Positions 1 to 7,375 of a stretch of 64,000 nt of DNA are shown here, in pieces. The notes under the pieces were generated by a model. It did no database searches, had not been told where the DNA came from, and saw nothing but the letters and a program-made list of their open reading frames with translations. Numbering within the stretch: the first letter of the stretch is position 1; each line of letters opens with the position of its first letter. The stretch is from a bacterium (lineage in GTDB: Bacteria > Cyanobacteriota > Vampirovibrionia > Gastranaerophilales > CAZEDP01). The stretch is from NCBI GenBank assembly GCA_043797105.1, contig JAZDPZ010000060.1, positions 7,906 through 71,905 on the forward strand, in the 5' to 3' direction. The position numbers were made by a program, and so were the translations under genes.

Positions 1-2238
1 GCGATGAACTTGCATGACATTGGAGTCTCCATATCTGTATGGTTTGAGCTGATCGCTTTTACCATTATTGAGAGCAGGATTATTTTTAAATAATTCTATA
101 AGTTTTTTAGTATATTTTTCTGTATTGTCATAATAAGTTTTAAGTTCGTTTTTGGCGCTTTCTCTGTCTAATATTGATTCTTTAAATGCAGTTCCGTCAT
201 CAACAGAATATCCTTTTTCCCGATTAACCTTATCTCCCAAAGGTTTTCCTGTCAAGTCACTATAGCCAGGATCTGTTCCTGTATATTTTTCCCCTTCCGG
301 ATACTTAACAAAGAATTTAAATCTTTGAATACTTCCATATTCATCGCCCTGAAACAGCATTTTTGGTCCGGGATAAGCAAAAGTCACTCCTAAAGCCAGA
401 CGATTCAAAGCCTGAGCTTCTTTTAGCACTTTCTTAAATTCGTCTTTTGAAACAGGATTATTAATTTTAAGTTCTTGTTGATTATTCCAGATTTTATCAT
501 CGCCTGAATAATAGGCTTCAAGTAATTTCTGTGCGGCATTAGCTGCATTTTGTCCTTTTATTGCCGCATCTCTTTTTGCATCTCCTGTATTTGCTGAATT
601 TATTTTATCGGTCATATTTAATTTAATGTTTAATAATTTTGAAACCAGACGAGTGCCGTCATTATTGCCAATTTCATCATGACTCATAGGATAAGCAATA
701 TTTGTACCTGCCATAGGATCCAAAAACATTTGATCCAGGAATTTCATGGCATCAGCATGCCAGCTATCGCCTTTATATTTATAATCTCCATTAAAATCTC
801 TATGTGTTACCAATGTATGTAAGGCATGGTTAAAAGGAAAACCCCACTGAAAATCGCAGCCAACATTATCAAGAGATGTATTGTTATTTTCTATTTTGTT
901 TATCATTTCTACGTGTTTTGATTCATCGCCGCATTTTTCCTGTGGAGTTAATTTTCTAACTATTCTTGGATCATTTTCTTTGGATATTATTTTTCCGTCT
1001 TTATCTTTTTTTACTTCTTCCTGCCCATGTTCTGCAATAACAGGAGCATCAGGACAATGAAAATTGACCTCTGATACTATTTGCTTTAAAGCGTTGTCAG
1101 ATGTCATTTTCTTGGTCATATCAAGTCTTAAACCATCGCATTTATAGTTAATAAGCCAGTTTAACGCTGTATTAACCAAATAATCCCTGACATGTTTGTC
1201 ATTATTATGTCCCTTATTATTTTTATTATGGTCAGGTTCAAGATTATAACCGGGTCCCCATTCAGTAGACTTACCTTCATATTCGCCAAAATCATTTAAG
1301 ACATTTTTAAAAACAGGGATATGGCTTGGCACAACATCCATTATAACGTTTAAACCAAGATCATGAGCCGAGTTAATAAATTTTTTAAATCCGTCAGGTC
1401 CGCCAAGACTTTTCCTGACAGTAAACGGATCTACTGCATCATATCCCCAACCATTTCCAAGATGATTTCCGACAGGCATAATCTCAATGGCATTAAATCC
1501 AAGGTCTTTAATTGGCTTAAGCATTTTCTTAATTTTTTCGGTATCCCCATTTTTAAGCAGTTCTGAAAGATTTTTATTAAATGTTTCACCGTGCATTTCA
1601 TATATTACAGCTTTTGAAGGTGAAGTTAGTTTAGGATTAACAAGACTAAACCTCTCAGGATTATTTAACCATTTGGTATCAGCTGATACATCATGATTAT
1701 AGTATTCTGACCAGCTGTCTATTTCGGGTTGACTCAATATACAGGGATCTTTTCGGAATAATATTTTTCCTTGTTTATCAGCAAGGATAAATCTATATCT
1801 ATCGCCTTGTTTTATAGGAATTTTACCTGTTTCCCACATTCCTTCTCCACAAGATTTCATTTCCTGAATTTTTGAATGTTCGTTATCCGGTGCGATTGTA
1901 AATTTGTCTTTTATTTTTTGTATTTTGATAGTTCCTGCTCCCTGGGGTCCAGGATCAGATAAATTTTTATCTTTCCATTCAATAAATATTTGATCTGCCT
2001 TTGGCGCCCAAACTGTTAAATTTCCATTAGGATTAATAATTTTTTTATGTTCTTCCAGCTTTCGTCCAAAATTTAGTGATTTTGGCTTTGATAAACAATA
2101 ACCTCTTAATGTTTCTGAACCTGGATATATAGCAGGAACTTTAGTAATATTTTGTGCTGGATTTTGTAACTGTTGTAATGGTAATGGTTTATGTCTGACT
2201 TTCTGGCTTCTCACTCCCACGCTTAATAAATCAATCAT
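1..2238 (-). CDS. GH13 alpha-amylase-family glycoside hydrolase with N-terminal CBM48/E-set-like domain (TreZ / branching-enzyme-like); 3' end runs off the window
   Basis: Absent from the ORF track because there is no stop in the window. My own minus-strand translation from ATG 2238-2236 stays open to base 1 (746 codons): MIDLLSVGVRSQK...LTVWAPKADQIFIEW...GFNAIEIMPV...NVIMDVVPSHI...CDGLRLDMTKKM. DVVPSH and GLRLD fit GH13 conserved regions I and II. Confidence 0.8.
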   Translation of the reverse strand, partial: MIDLLSVGVRSQKVRHKPLPLQQLQNPAQNITKVPAIYPGSETLRGYCLSKPKSLNFGRKLEEHKKIINPNGNLTVWAPKADQIFIEWKDKNLSDPGPQGAGTIKIQKIKDKFTIAPDNEHSKIQEMKSCGEGMWETGKIPIKQGDRYRFILADKQGKILFRKDPCILSQPEIDSWSEYYNHDVSADTKWLNNPERFSLVNPKLTSPSKAVIYEMHGETFNKNLSELLKNGDTEKIKKMLKPIKDLGFNAIEIMPVGNHLGNGWGYDAVDPFTVRKSLGGPDGFKKFINSAHDLGLNVIMDVVPSHIPVFKNVLNDFGEYEGKSTEWGPGYNLEPDHNKNNKGHNNDKHVRDYLVNTALNWLINYKCDGLRLDMTKKMTSDNALKQIVSEVNFHCPDAPVIAEHGQEEVKKDKDGKIISKENDPRIVRKLTPQEKCGDESKHVEMINKIENNNTSLDNVGCDFQWGFPFNHALHTLVTHRDFNGDYKYKGDSWHADAMKFLDQMFLDPMAGTNIAYPMSHDEIGNNDGTRLVSKLLNIKLNMTDKINSANTGDAKRDAAIKGQNAANAAQKLLEAYYSGDDKIWNNQQELKINNPVSKDEFKKVLKEAQALNRLALGVTFAYPGPKMLFQGDEYGSIQRFKFFVKYPEGEKYTGTDPGYSDLTGKPLGDKVNREKGYSVDDGTAFKESILDRESAKNELKTYYDNTEKYTKKLIELFKNNPALNNGKSDQLKPYRYGDSNVMQVHR

Positions 2239-2259
2239 AACAGATATTCCCCAATCTCT

Positions 2260-2279
2260 AACCCTCTAACTCTTAAGTA
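2260..2279 (-). repeat. Family E motif, short variant (AACCCTCTAACTCTTAAGTA)
   Basis: ACCCTCTAACTCTTAA (2261..2276) aligns with AACCTCTAACTCTTAA (61257..61272), a near match by eye. It lies about 22 nt 5' of the minus-strand GH13 start codon. Confidence 0.5.
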
Positions 2280-2409
2280 ATGAACAATAATTTTTTACCT
2301 TTAAAAAAAAAGAGTTTGGTGTAGGGCATAGCCCTACCCTAGTCTAGTTCCCCTCCCTCGAGGGGAGGGGTAAGGGGTGGGTGTATAAAATTTATTGTTA
2401 CCCATTTAA
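2273..2409 (+). mobile_element. Family C MITE-like element, copy C1
   Basis: The ends TAAGTAATGAACAATAA... and ...AAATTTATTGTTACCCAT are inverted around the core AACAATAAATTT. TTAA flanks both sides (2273-2276, 2406-2409). Internal GC-rich hairpins are GTAGGGC-ATA-GCCCTAC and CCCCTCCCTCGAGGGGAGGGG. Related copies are at 13401, 9551, 48808, 55762, 60984 and 44832. Confidence 0.7.
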
Positions 2410-2508
2410 TACTTATCTCTTAATATGTAAAGTTAAAACAGCAAAAAAATTGCTAATAAAAATCGTTTTATTAGCAAAAAATTAAAATTTGTTAATATTA
2501 TTTTAATA

Positions 2509-2637
2509 CTAATACGGATTATAAGTTTTATAATATCCGTTAGTAGAGTCAAAGCCGCTTTCTAGCGCGCTTAACAAAGGTAAAAAAACAAGAATGGCAA
2601 TAATTAGTGCAAAGACCATAAAAAATAATTTTTGCAT
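2509..2637 (-). CDS. Possible 42-aa small hydrophobic (signal/TM-like) peptide
   Basis: My own translation gives MQKLFFMVFALIIAILVFLPLLSALESGFDSTNGYYKTYNPY*. It is below the ORF-track size cutoff, and there is no homology evidence. Confidence 0.2.
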   Translation of the reverse strand: MQKLFFMVFALIIAILVFLPLLSALESGFDSTNGYYKTYNPY

Positions 2638-2714
2638 AGGCGCTTTTTCTCCACTTTTTGGCTAACCATTCAGGGAGATTCTTACAATAAAACTATCTTG
2701 TAACTATACTTACT

Positions 2715-2776
2715 CCTGTCATTCTCAACTAGTTACATTGCCTGTGAAGTTTTAAATTGTGTATATAAAATCTGCC
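2715..2776 (+). repeat. Family B hairpin repeat, degenerate copy
   Basis: CCTGTCATTCTCAAC...AATCTGCC has the same ends as 12991..13063 (CCTGTCATTCTCAGC...GAGAATCTGCC). Confidence 0.45.
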
Positions 2777-2921
2777 TCTTTAGTTTATTATAAAACATCC
2801 TTTTGATAATCGCAATATATTTTTTGATTTAGCAAAATAATATTAAAAAACAGTAATAATATTTGCGATTATACTATATTTAGTATGCAAAAATTCTAAA
2901 ATTTTAGCTGACACACTAAGT

Positions 2922-3548
2922 CTATGACTCTTGCAGATGCTTAACATGCCTGTAAACATAGAGTCCAAATAAAACTAATAAAATACCCACTATTGCGTAA
3001 TCAAATTTATGCCAGATTTCAGTAAGATATTCTCTGTGTTCCCCAAGTTTTAATCCGACAAAAACCAGAAAATAACTCCATACTAAAGACCCCATAAATG
3101 TATAAAATATAAATTTTGGAAAATCAGCCTTTAAAATACCGGCAGGAAGCGAAATAAAAGTTCTGACAACAGGAAGCATTCTGCATATAAAAAATGCGAT
3201 GTCTCCATATTTCATTGTCCATTTATCCGCTAATTCCAGGTCTTTTTTACTTATTAAAAACCATTTTCCGTATTTTTCTATAAAAGGTCTTCCTCCAAAA
3301 TATCCCAGATAATAAGATGGAACAGACCCAACTACACAGCCAAAAGCTCCAGCAAAGCAAGCCACATGAAAATTAATTTCCCCTATACTTACTAAATAAC
3401 CTGCAAAAGGCAATATTGCCTCACTTGGCAGAGGTATATTTGCTGATTCTATAGCCATAAGCATAACTATTCCAAAAGCTCCCAGATTGCTTATGGTATG
3501 TTCAATACATTTGATAACAGGAACTAAAATTACATCAAGACTACTCAT
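2922..3548 (-). CDS. DedA/VTT-domain family membrane protein
   Basis: 208-aa multi-TM ORF with the DedA pattern: ...LPSEAILPFAGYLV...GYFGGRPFIEKYGKWF...RMLPVVRTFISLPAG... Confidence 0.85.
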   Translation of the reverse strand: MSSLDVILVPVIKCIEHTISNLGAFGIVMLMAIESANIPLPSEAILPFAGYLVSIGEINFHVACFAGAFGCVVGSVPSYYLGYFGGRPFIEKYGKWFLISKKDLELADKWTMKYGDIAFFICRMLPVVRTFISLPAGILKADFPKFIFYTFMGSLVWSYFLVFVGLKLGEHREYLTEIWHKFDYAIVGILLVLFGLYVYRHVKHLQES

Positions 3549-3571
3549 AAATTTATAATCCTTTCATAGTC

Positions 3572-3919
3572 TGTCATTGCGAGCGAAGCGAAGCAATCCA
3601 CTAAATAATACTATCATATAAGTCTTCCCATTTTTCATTAAAGCTGCTTATAAGCTGTAATTTCTTTTTTCGAGAACCACCTTTTATTTGTTTTTCTCTA
3701 ACAATAGCATTTTCAATATTATCAAATATTTCGTAATAAACCAATTTTGTTAGATCATATTTTTTTGAAAATCCGTCAATTAATTTGTTTTTGTGTTCGT
3801 AGATTCTTCTAACAAGATTATTAGTAATACCTGTGTAAAGCGTTCCATTTTCAAAATTGGTTAATATATAAATATAATACTCTTTGGATTGCTTCGTCAT
3901 TTCATTCCTCGCAATGACA
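3572..3919 (-). mobile_element. GIY-YIG nuclease cassette bracketed by inverted family A hairpin repeats (REP/RAYT-like arrangement)
   Basis: The outer 12-bp perfect inverted repeat is TGTCATTGCGAG (3572-3583) / CTCGCAATGACA (3908-3919). The inner 10-bp perfect repeat is GAAGCAATCC (3590-3599) / GGATTGCTTC (3886-3895). The ORF's stop abuts the left arm, and its first 5 codons (ATGACGAAGCAATCC) lie inside the right arm. Confidence 0.65.
3601..3900 (-). CDS. GIY-YIG nuclease family protein (short UPF0213/YhbQ-like type)
   Basis: 99 aa. YYIYILTN...GTLYTGITNNLVRRIYEHKN...E...K fits the GIY-x10-YIG / R / E core of GIY-YIG nucleases. Confidence 0.85.
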   Translation of the reverse strand: MTKQSKEYYIYILTNFENGTLYTGITNNLVRRIYEHKNKLIDGFSKKYDLTKLVYYEIFDNIENAIVREKQIKGGSRKKKLQLISSFNEKWEDLYDSII

Positions 3920-3927
3920 ACTAAAAA

Positions 3928-4590
3928 TTATTTATACAAAAATTCTGCTGAACAACCAAGACCATAACCCGTTTTAGTTGCGCACTGACTTGCCGGAGAA
4001 AAAGTATCACCCTGAATCCCCAAAGGATAAGCTCCATTTTTAGTTAACCAAATTCCAAAAATATCCTTTCCCATTTGATTAGGTCCTTTCCATCCATTCA
4101 CGTCTACTGTTATTGCTCCGCATATAACTGCCCCAAAACCATGAGTAACACTACAAGCAGAAGTTTCATATGAAAACCATACAAAAGTACCATTGTTTAA
4201 GATAGCTCCTGCTCTATTTTGAAAAGTTGTTTCAGGTGTACCATCAAGTCTTTTCCAATTTCCATCATTATGCCAGCAATTTCCTTTGCCTGAAACACTA
4301 TTACAGGATTTATTTACAGTCAGGTATTCAAGAAATTTATCTCTCATATTATCACTACTCGTAAAAACCCCTATCAAAGTTCCTGCATCAGAACCGGTAT
4401 TATTAGCCATTATTGACTCAGTAACCTGACTCAAATCAGCAAAAGCCTGTTTCCATAGTGTTTTAAGATTAGCATCCTGTATATTATGATAAAACGCCAC
4501 AGCTGTAATACTTGCAACAACTCCCAATACCCCTACAGCTATAAGCACTTCGCTAAGTGTAAAGGCTTTTTTTGTATTTTTTTTTGGCAT
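3928..4590 (-). CDS. Prepilin-type N-terminal cleavage/methylation domain protein (type IV pilin / pseudopilin-like)
   Basis: 220 aa. The N-terminus MPKKNTKKA|FTLSEVLIAVGVLGVVASI has F at +1 and E at +5 followed by a hydrophobic helix. The C-terminal part is a Cys-containing globular domain. Confidence 0.7.
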   Translation of the reverse strand: MPKKNTKKAFTLSEVLIAVGVLGVVASITAVAFYHNIQDANLKTLWKQAFADLSQVTESIMANNTGSDAGTLIGVFTSSDNMRDKFLEYLTVNKSCNSVSGKGNCWHNDGNWKRLDGTPETTFQNRAGAILNNGTFVWFSYETSACSVTHGFGAVICGAITVDVNGWKGPNQMGKDIFGIWLTKNGAYPLGIQGDTFSPASQCATKTGYGLGCSAEFLYK

Positions 4591-4629
4591 GGTTTTTTTC
4601 TCCTTATTTATTAAATCTATAATACTTTA

Positions 4630-4650
4630 TTTCATTCCTCGCAATGACAG
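4630..4650 (+). repeat. Family A single arm (TTTCATTCCTCGCAATGACAG)
   Basis: Matches the right arm of the GIY-YIG cassette (3898-3919) except at the last base (G vs A). It overlaps the last 5 codons and the stop of thiE. Confidence 0.7.
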
Positions 4651-5672
4651 TTTATTAAACTATTGAGTATTTTTGAAGCAACAAATTCAGGCGATTCTAC
4701 GTTTATTATCGCCCTTACTACAGCTATTCCCGAAGCTCCTGCTTCAATTACCTGATCCATATTATCCAAATTTATCCCGCCAATTGCAAACCATGGAATA
4801 TTTACGTTTTCTGAAGCCCATTTTACATATTCAAAACCTACTGCTTTTCTTCCGGGCTTGGTAGGAGTTTCAAATACAGGTCCAACTCCTATATAATCAG
4901 CGCCTTGCTGAACAGCTCTTTTTGCCTGTTCCGGAGTATGCGTTGAAATACCTATTATTGCGTCTTTTCCAAGAAAATGTCTTGCTGAACATATATCAAT
5001 ATCATCCTGCCCAAGATGAACTCCATCTGCTTCAACAATATTGGCTATATCAACCCTGTCATTTACTATAAAAACAGCATTATAAAAAGAGCAAAGTTCT
5101 CTTATTTTTTTCCCAAGCTCAATAAACTCTTTTGCTGACGAGTTTTTTTCTCTTAACTGGACAATGCCGACTCCGCCTTTTAAAGCTGAGGCTACTTTAT
5201 CTAAAAACTCGTCATGAGATAAAAAATTGCTTCTGTCTGTAACCAGATACAGTTTTTTATCTTCAAGTTTTTTTATATTGAGCTTTTTTAATAAATTTTC
5301 AAACATGATTTTCTCCAGTGTATAGGAATCATACCTTGCTTTTTCAAAAAATTCTATATTTAAACCGTTAATATTGCCATATTCAGCTAAAACTCTCAGA
5401 GCCTGCTGTAATCTTTTAAAATTAGCTTTAAAAATATCTAAAATATTATTTTTTGATGTTGGATTTATTATGTTTATACCAATATCATCTAAAGTATTTC
5501 TTGATTTTAGCAAAATTTTATAATTAATATTTATAATTTGAGCTAATTCATGCCTTATAAATTTTGTTTTTTGGGTTAAATCTTCATTATTAAGATAAAA
5601 CCTCGAAATTTCTTCGATTACTCTTAAGGCTTCAATTGCTCTGTTTAAATTAGCATCAATTATTCTATACAT
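4632..5672 (-). CDS. thiE: Thiamine-phosphate synthase with about 130-aa N-terminal extension
   Basis: 346 aa. The C-terminal half reads LYLVTDR...VQLREK...FIVNDRVDIA...GVHLGQDD...GISTHT...GADYIGVGPVFETPTKPG...FAIGGIN, which is ThiE. The N-terminal domain starts MYRIIDANLNRAIEALRVIEE. Confidence 0.9.
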   Translation of the reverse strand: MYRIIDANLNRAIEALRVIEEISRFYLNNEDLTQKTKFIRHELAQIININYKILLKSRNTLDDIGINIINPTSKNNILDIFKANFKRLQQALRVLAEYGNINGLNIEFFEKARYDSYTLEKIMFENLLKKLNIKKLEDKKLYLVTDRSNFLSHDEFLDKVASALKGGVGIVQLREKNSSAKEFIELGKKIRELCSFYNAVFIVNDRVDIANIVEADGVHLGQDDIDICSARHFLGKDAIIGISTHTPEQAKRAVQQGADYIGVGPVFETPTKPGRKAVGFEYVKWASENVNIPWFAIGGINLDNMDQVIEAGASGIAVVRAIINVESPEFVASKILNSLINCHCEE

Positions 5673-5764
5673 TGGGATAGGTTAAAAATTAAAATATTGT
5701 TATTTTATAAATAGCTTAATAATTATATCATATAATTATAATAGTAAATTAAAATGGGAAAAGT

Positions 5765-6379
5765 TTGGTGAGACAAAATATAAGAGAAAAATATAAAAAA
5801 ATGCAGCTTACTGAACTGGTTGAAAAAAGCCAGCAGGATGATCGCCTTGCTCTTGAAGAACTGGTTAAAAGAAATGAAAAGATTATATACAGCACTCTTT
5901 ATTATCTTGATCCAAATAGAAAAGATGTTGCCGATCTGGCTCAGGAAGTTTTGTACAGAATGGCGAAATCAATAAAAACTCTCAAAAATCCGGGGACTTT
6001 CAAGTTTTGGCTTAACCAAATTATTATTAATCTTTTTTATGATGAACTCAGAAGAAAAACCAGACGTCTTGTAACAATTTCTATGGATACTCCTTTTATT
6101 GATTCAAATGAAGAAGAAATTTTTCAAACAAGAGATATAGCTGATTTAGCAAGAATGCCTGAAGAAAGGACTTTGTACAGTGAGCTTGATAAAAAAATAA
6201 GAGAAGCAATTGAAAACCTGCCGGAACAGTTTAGGGTTGTAATCGTCTTAAGAGAATTACAGGGGCTTAGCTATGAAGAAATAGCCAAAATTACTAAAAC
6301 CAACATCGGAACAATAAAATCAAGACTTGCAAGAGCCAGAGCAAAACTGCAAGACCAAATCAGACCTTATTTAGAGTAA
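5765..6379 (+). CDS. ECF-type (sigma-70 family) RNA polymerase sigma factor
   Basis: 204 aa with region 2 and region 4: ...VVIVLRELQGLSYEEIAKITKTNIGTIKSRLARARAKL. The track start is TTG, and an ATG 12 codons downstream is an alternative start. Confidence 0.85.
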   Translation: MVRQNIREKYKKMQLTELVEKSQQDDRLALEELVKRNEKIIYSTLYYLDPNRKDVADLAQEVLYRMAKSIKTLKNPGTFKFWLNQIIINLFYDELRRKTRRLVTISMDTPFIDSNEEEIFQTRDIADLARMPEERTLYSELDKKIREAIENLPEQFRVVIVLRELQGLSYEEIAKITKTNIGTIKSRLARARAKLQDQIRPYLE

Positions 6380-6392
6380 GAAAGAGGTATAA

Positions 6393-6923
6393 ATGGAAAG
6401 TAATTCATCCTGCGAGGCTATAAAATTATTAATTTCCGCTTATTTTGATAATGAGCTTTCTTTAAAAGAGCTTATAATAGTAGAAGAACATCTTTATAAA
6501 TGTCAAAATTGCCAGCGAGAACTGGAAAAAATCCAAAAATTATCTCAAATTTTAAAAGATTCTGCCTCGAAAATTGAATGCGCTCAACTTAATTTATGGT
6601 CAAAAGTTTCAGCAAGGCTTGATTCCTCTGTGCCTAAGGCATATCCACAAGTTTCTAATCCTTCTTTAACAGGAATAATAAAAAATTATAAATTAAATTT
6701 TAATTCAGTATATAATAATAGAAATGAAATTAAACTTGGAATTTCAATATCAGGCGTAATTATAATTGCTTTGTTAACCTGGTTTTCAATTAAAACAGTA
6801 TTAATAAACTTTAATGAAAACTTTGACAAATCTGCTTACTCGAAATCTGAAGAATTTTTGTTTGCAAAGACATATTCAGAACCACCGGAAGGAGTAATTT
6901 CAATATTATATGAAAATGAATAA
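6393..6923 (+). CDS. Anti-sigma factor (zf-HC2 type) with one TM segment
   Basis: 176 aa. It carries the H-x3-C-x2-C motif EEHLYKCQNCQ and a TM segment ISISGVIIIALLTWFSI, and it lies directly downstream of the ECF sigma gene. Confidence 0.7.
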   Translation: MESNSSCEAIKLLISAYFDNELSLKELIIVEEHLYKCQNCQRELEKIQKLSQILKDSASKIECAQLNLWSKVSARLDSSVPKAYPQVSNPSLTGIIKNYKLNFNSVYNNRNEIKLGISISGVIIIALLTWFSIKTVLINFNENFDKSAYSKSEEFLFAKTYSEPPEGVISILYENE

Positions 6924-7290
6924 ATTTTTTATAAAATTGGGAATTATCGGAATACTGCTTTGTGGCGCTTCATTTTCAGCAGAAGCAAGCCGTATTAAAT
7001 GGGAAGTTTTTAATCTTACTTATGAACAAAAACAGGAAATTCAAGACCTTGACAGTCAGTGGCAAAAGATAAATTATGCGATTCGTCCCGGTTTAATCAG
7101 AGACCAACAGCAGTTGAAACTTCTTTTAACAAATACTGACAGCACAGATAATCAAATTAGAGAATTACAAAAACAAATTTTTTCAAAGCAGGATCAATTA
7201 AGATATGAAGCTCTTGAAAATTTCCTTTCAAAGCGTCGTTTATTAACTGCAAAACAACGAAAAATGCTTCAAAAAATGCTTTCAGAATAA
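6910..7290 (+). CDS. Periplasmic Spy/CpxP-family (LTxxQ motif) protein
   Basis: 126 aa with a signal peptide and two LTxxQ motifs (NLTYEQ, LLTAKQ). It overlaps the anti-sigma gene by 14 nt. Confidence 0.55.
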   Translation: MKMNKFFIKLGIIGILLCGASFSAEASRIKWEVFNLTYEQKQEIQDLDSQWQKINYAIRPGLIRDQQQLKLLLTNTDSTDNQIRELQKQIFSKQDQLRYEALENFLSKRRLLTAKQRKMLQKMLSE

Positions 7291-7321
7291 AAATTATTTT
7301 TTAAAGAAATTTTTGAGTAAA

Positions 7322-7346
7322 ATATTAAGTAGAAAGCACTTAATAT
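7322..7346. promoter_or_regulatory. 9-bp perfect palindrome ATATTAAGT-N7-ACTTAATAT, candidate operator upstream of nifU-nifS
   Basis: Read directly from the sequence. It lies 30 nt upstream of the nifU start and has no T-tract, so it is not a typical terminator. Confidence 0.3.
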
Positions 7347-7375
7347 AAAAGCATTATGTTTAAAGGAAAATATAT

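Noticed and set aside
2806-2872. Inverted repeat ATAATCGCAATAT ... ATATTTGCGATTAT downstream of the DedA gene
   Set aside because: It is real in the sequence but imperfect (one unpaired base), with a 40-nt AT-rich loop and no T-tail. I could not connect it to any repeat family or function.
5673-5764. TPP riboswitch upstream of thiE
   Set aside because: The 92-nt divergent spacer is almost pure A/T and lacks the CUGAGA / ACCUGA conserved TPP aptamer elements.
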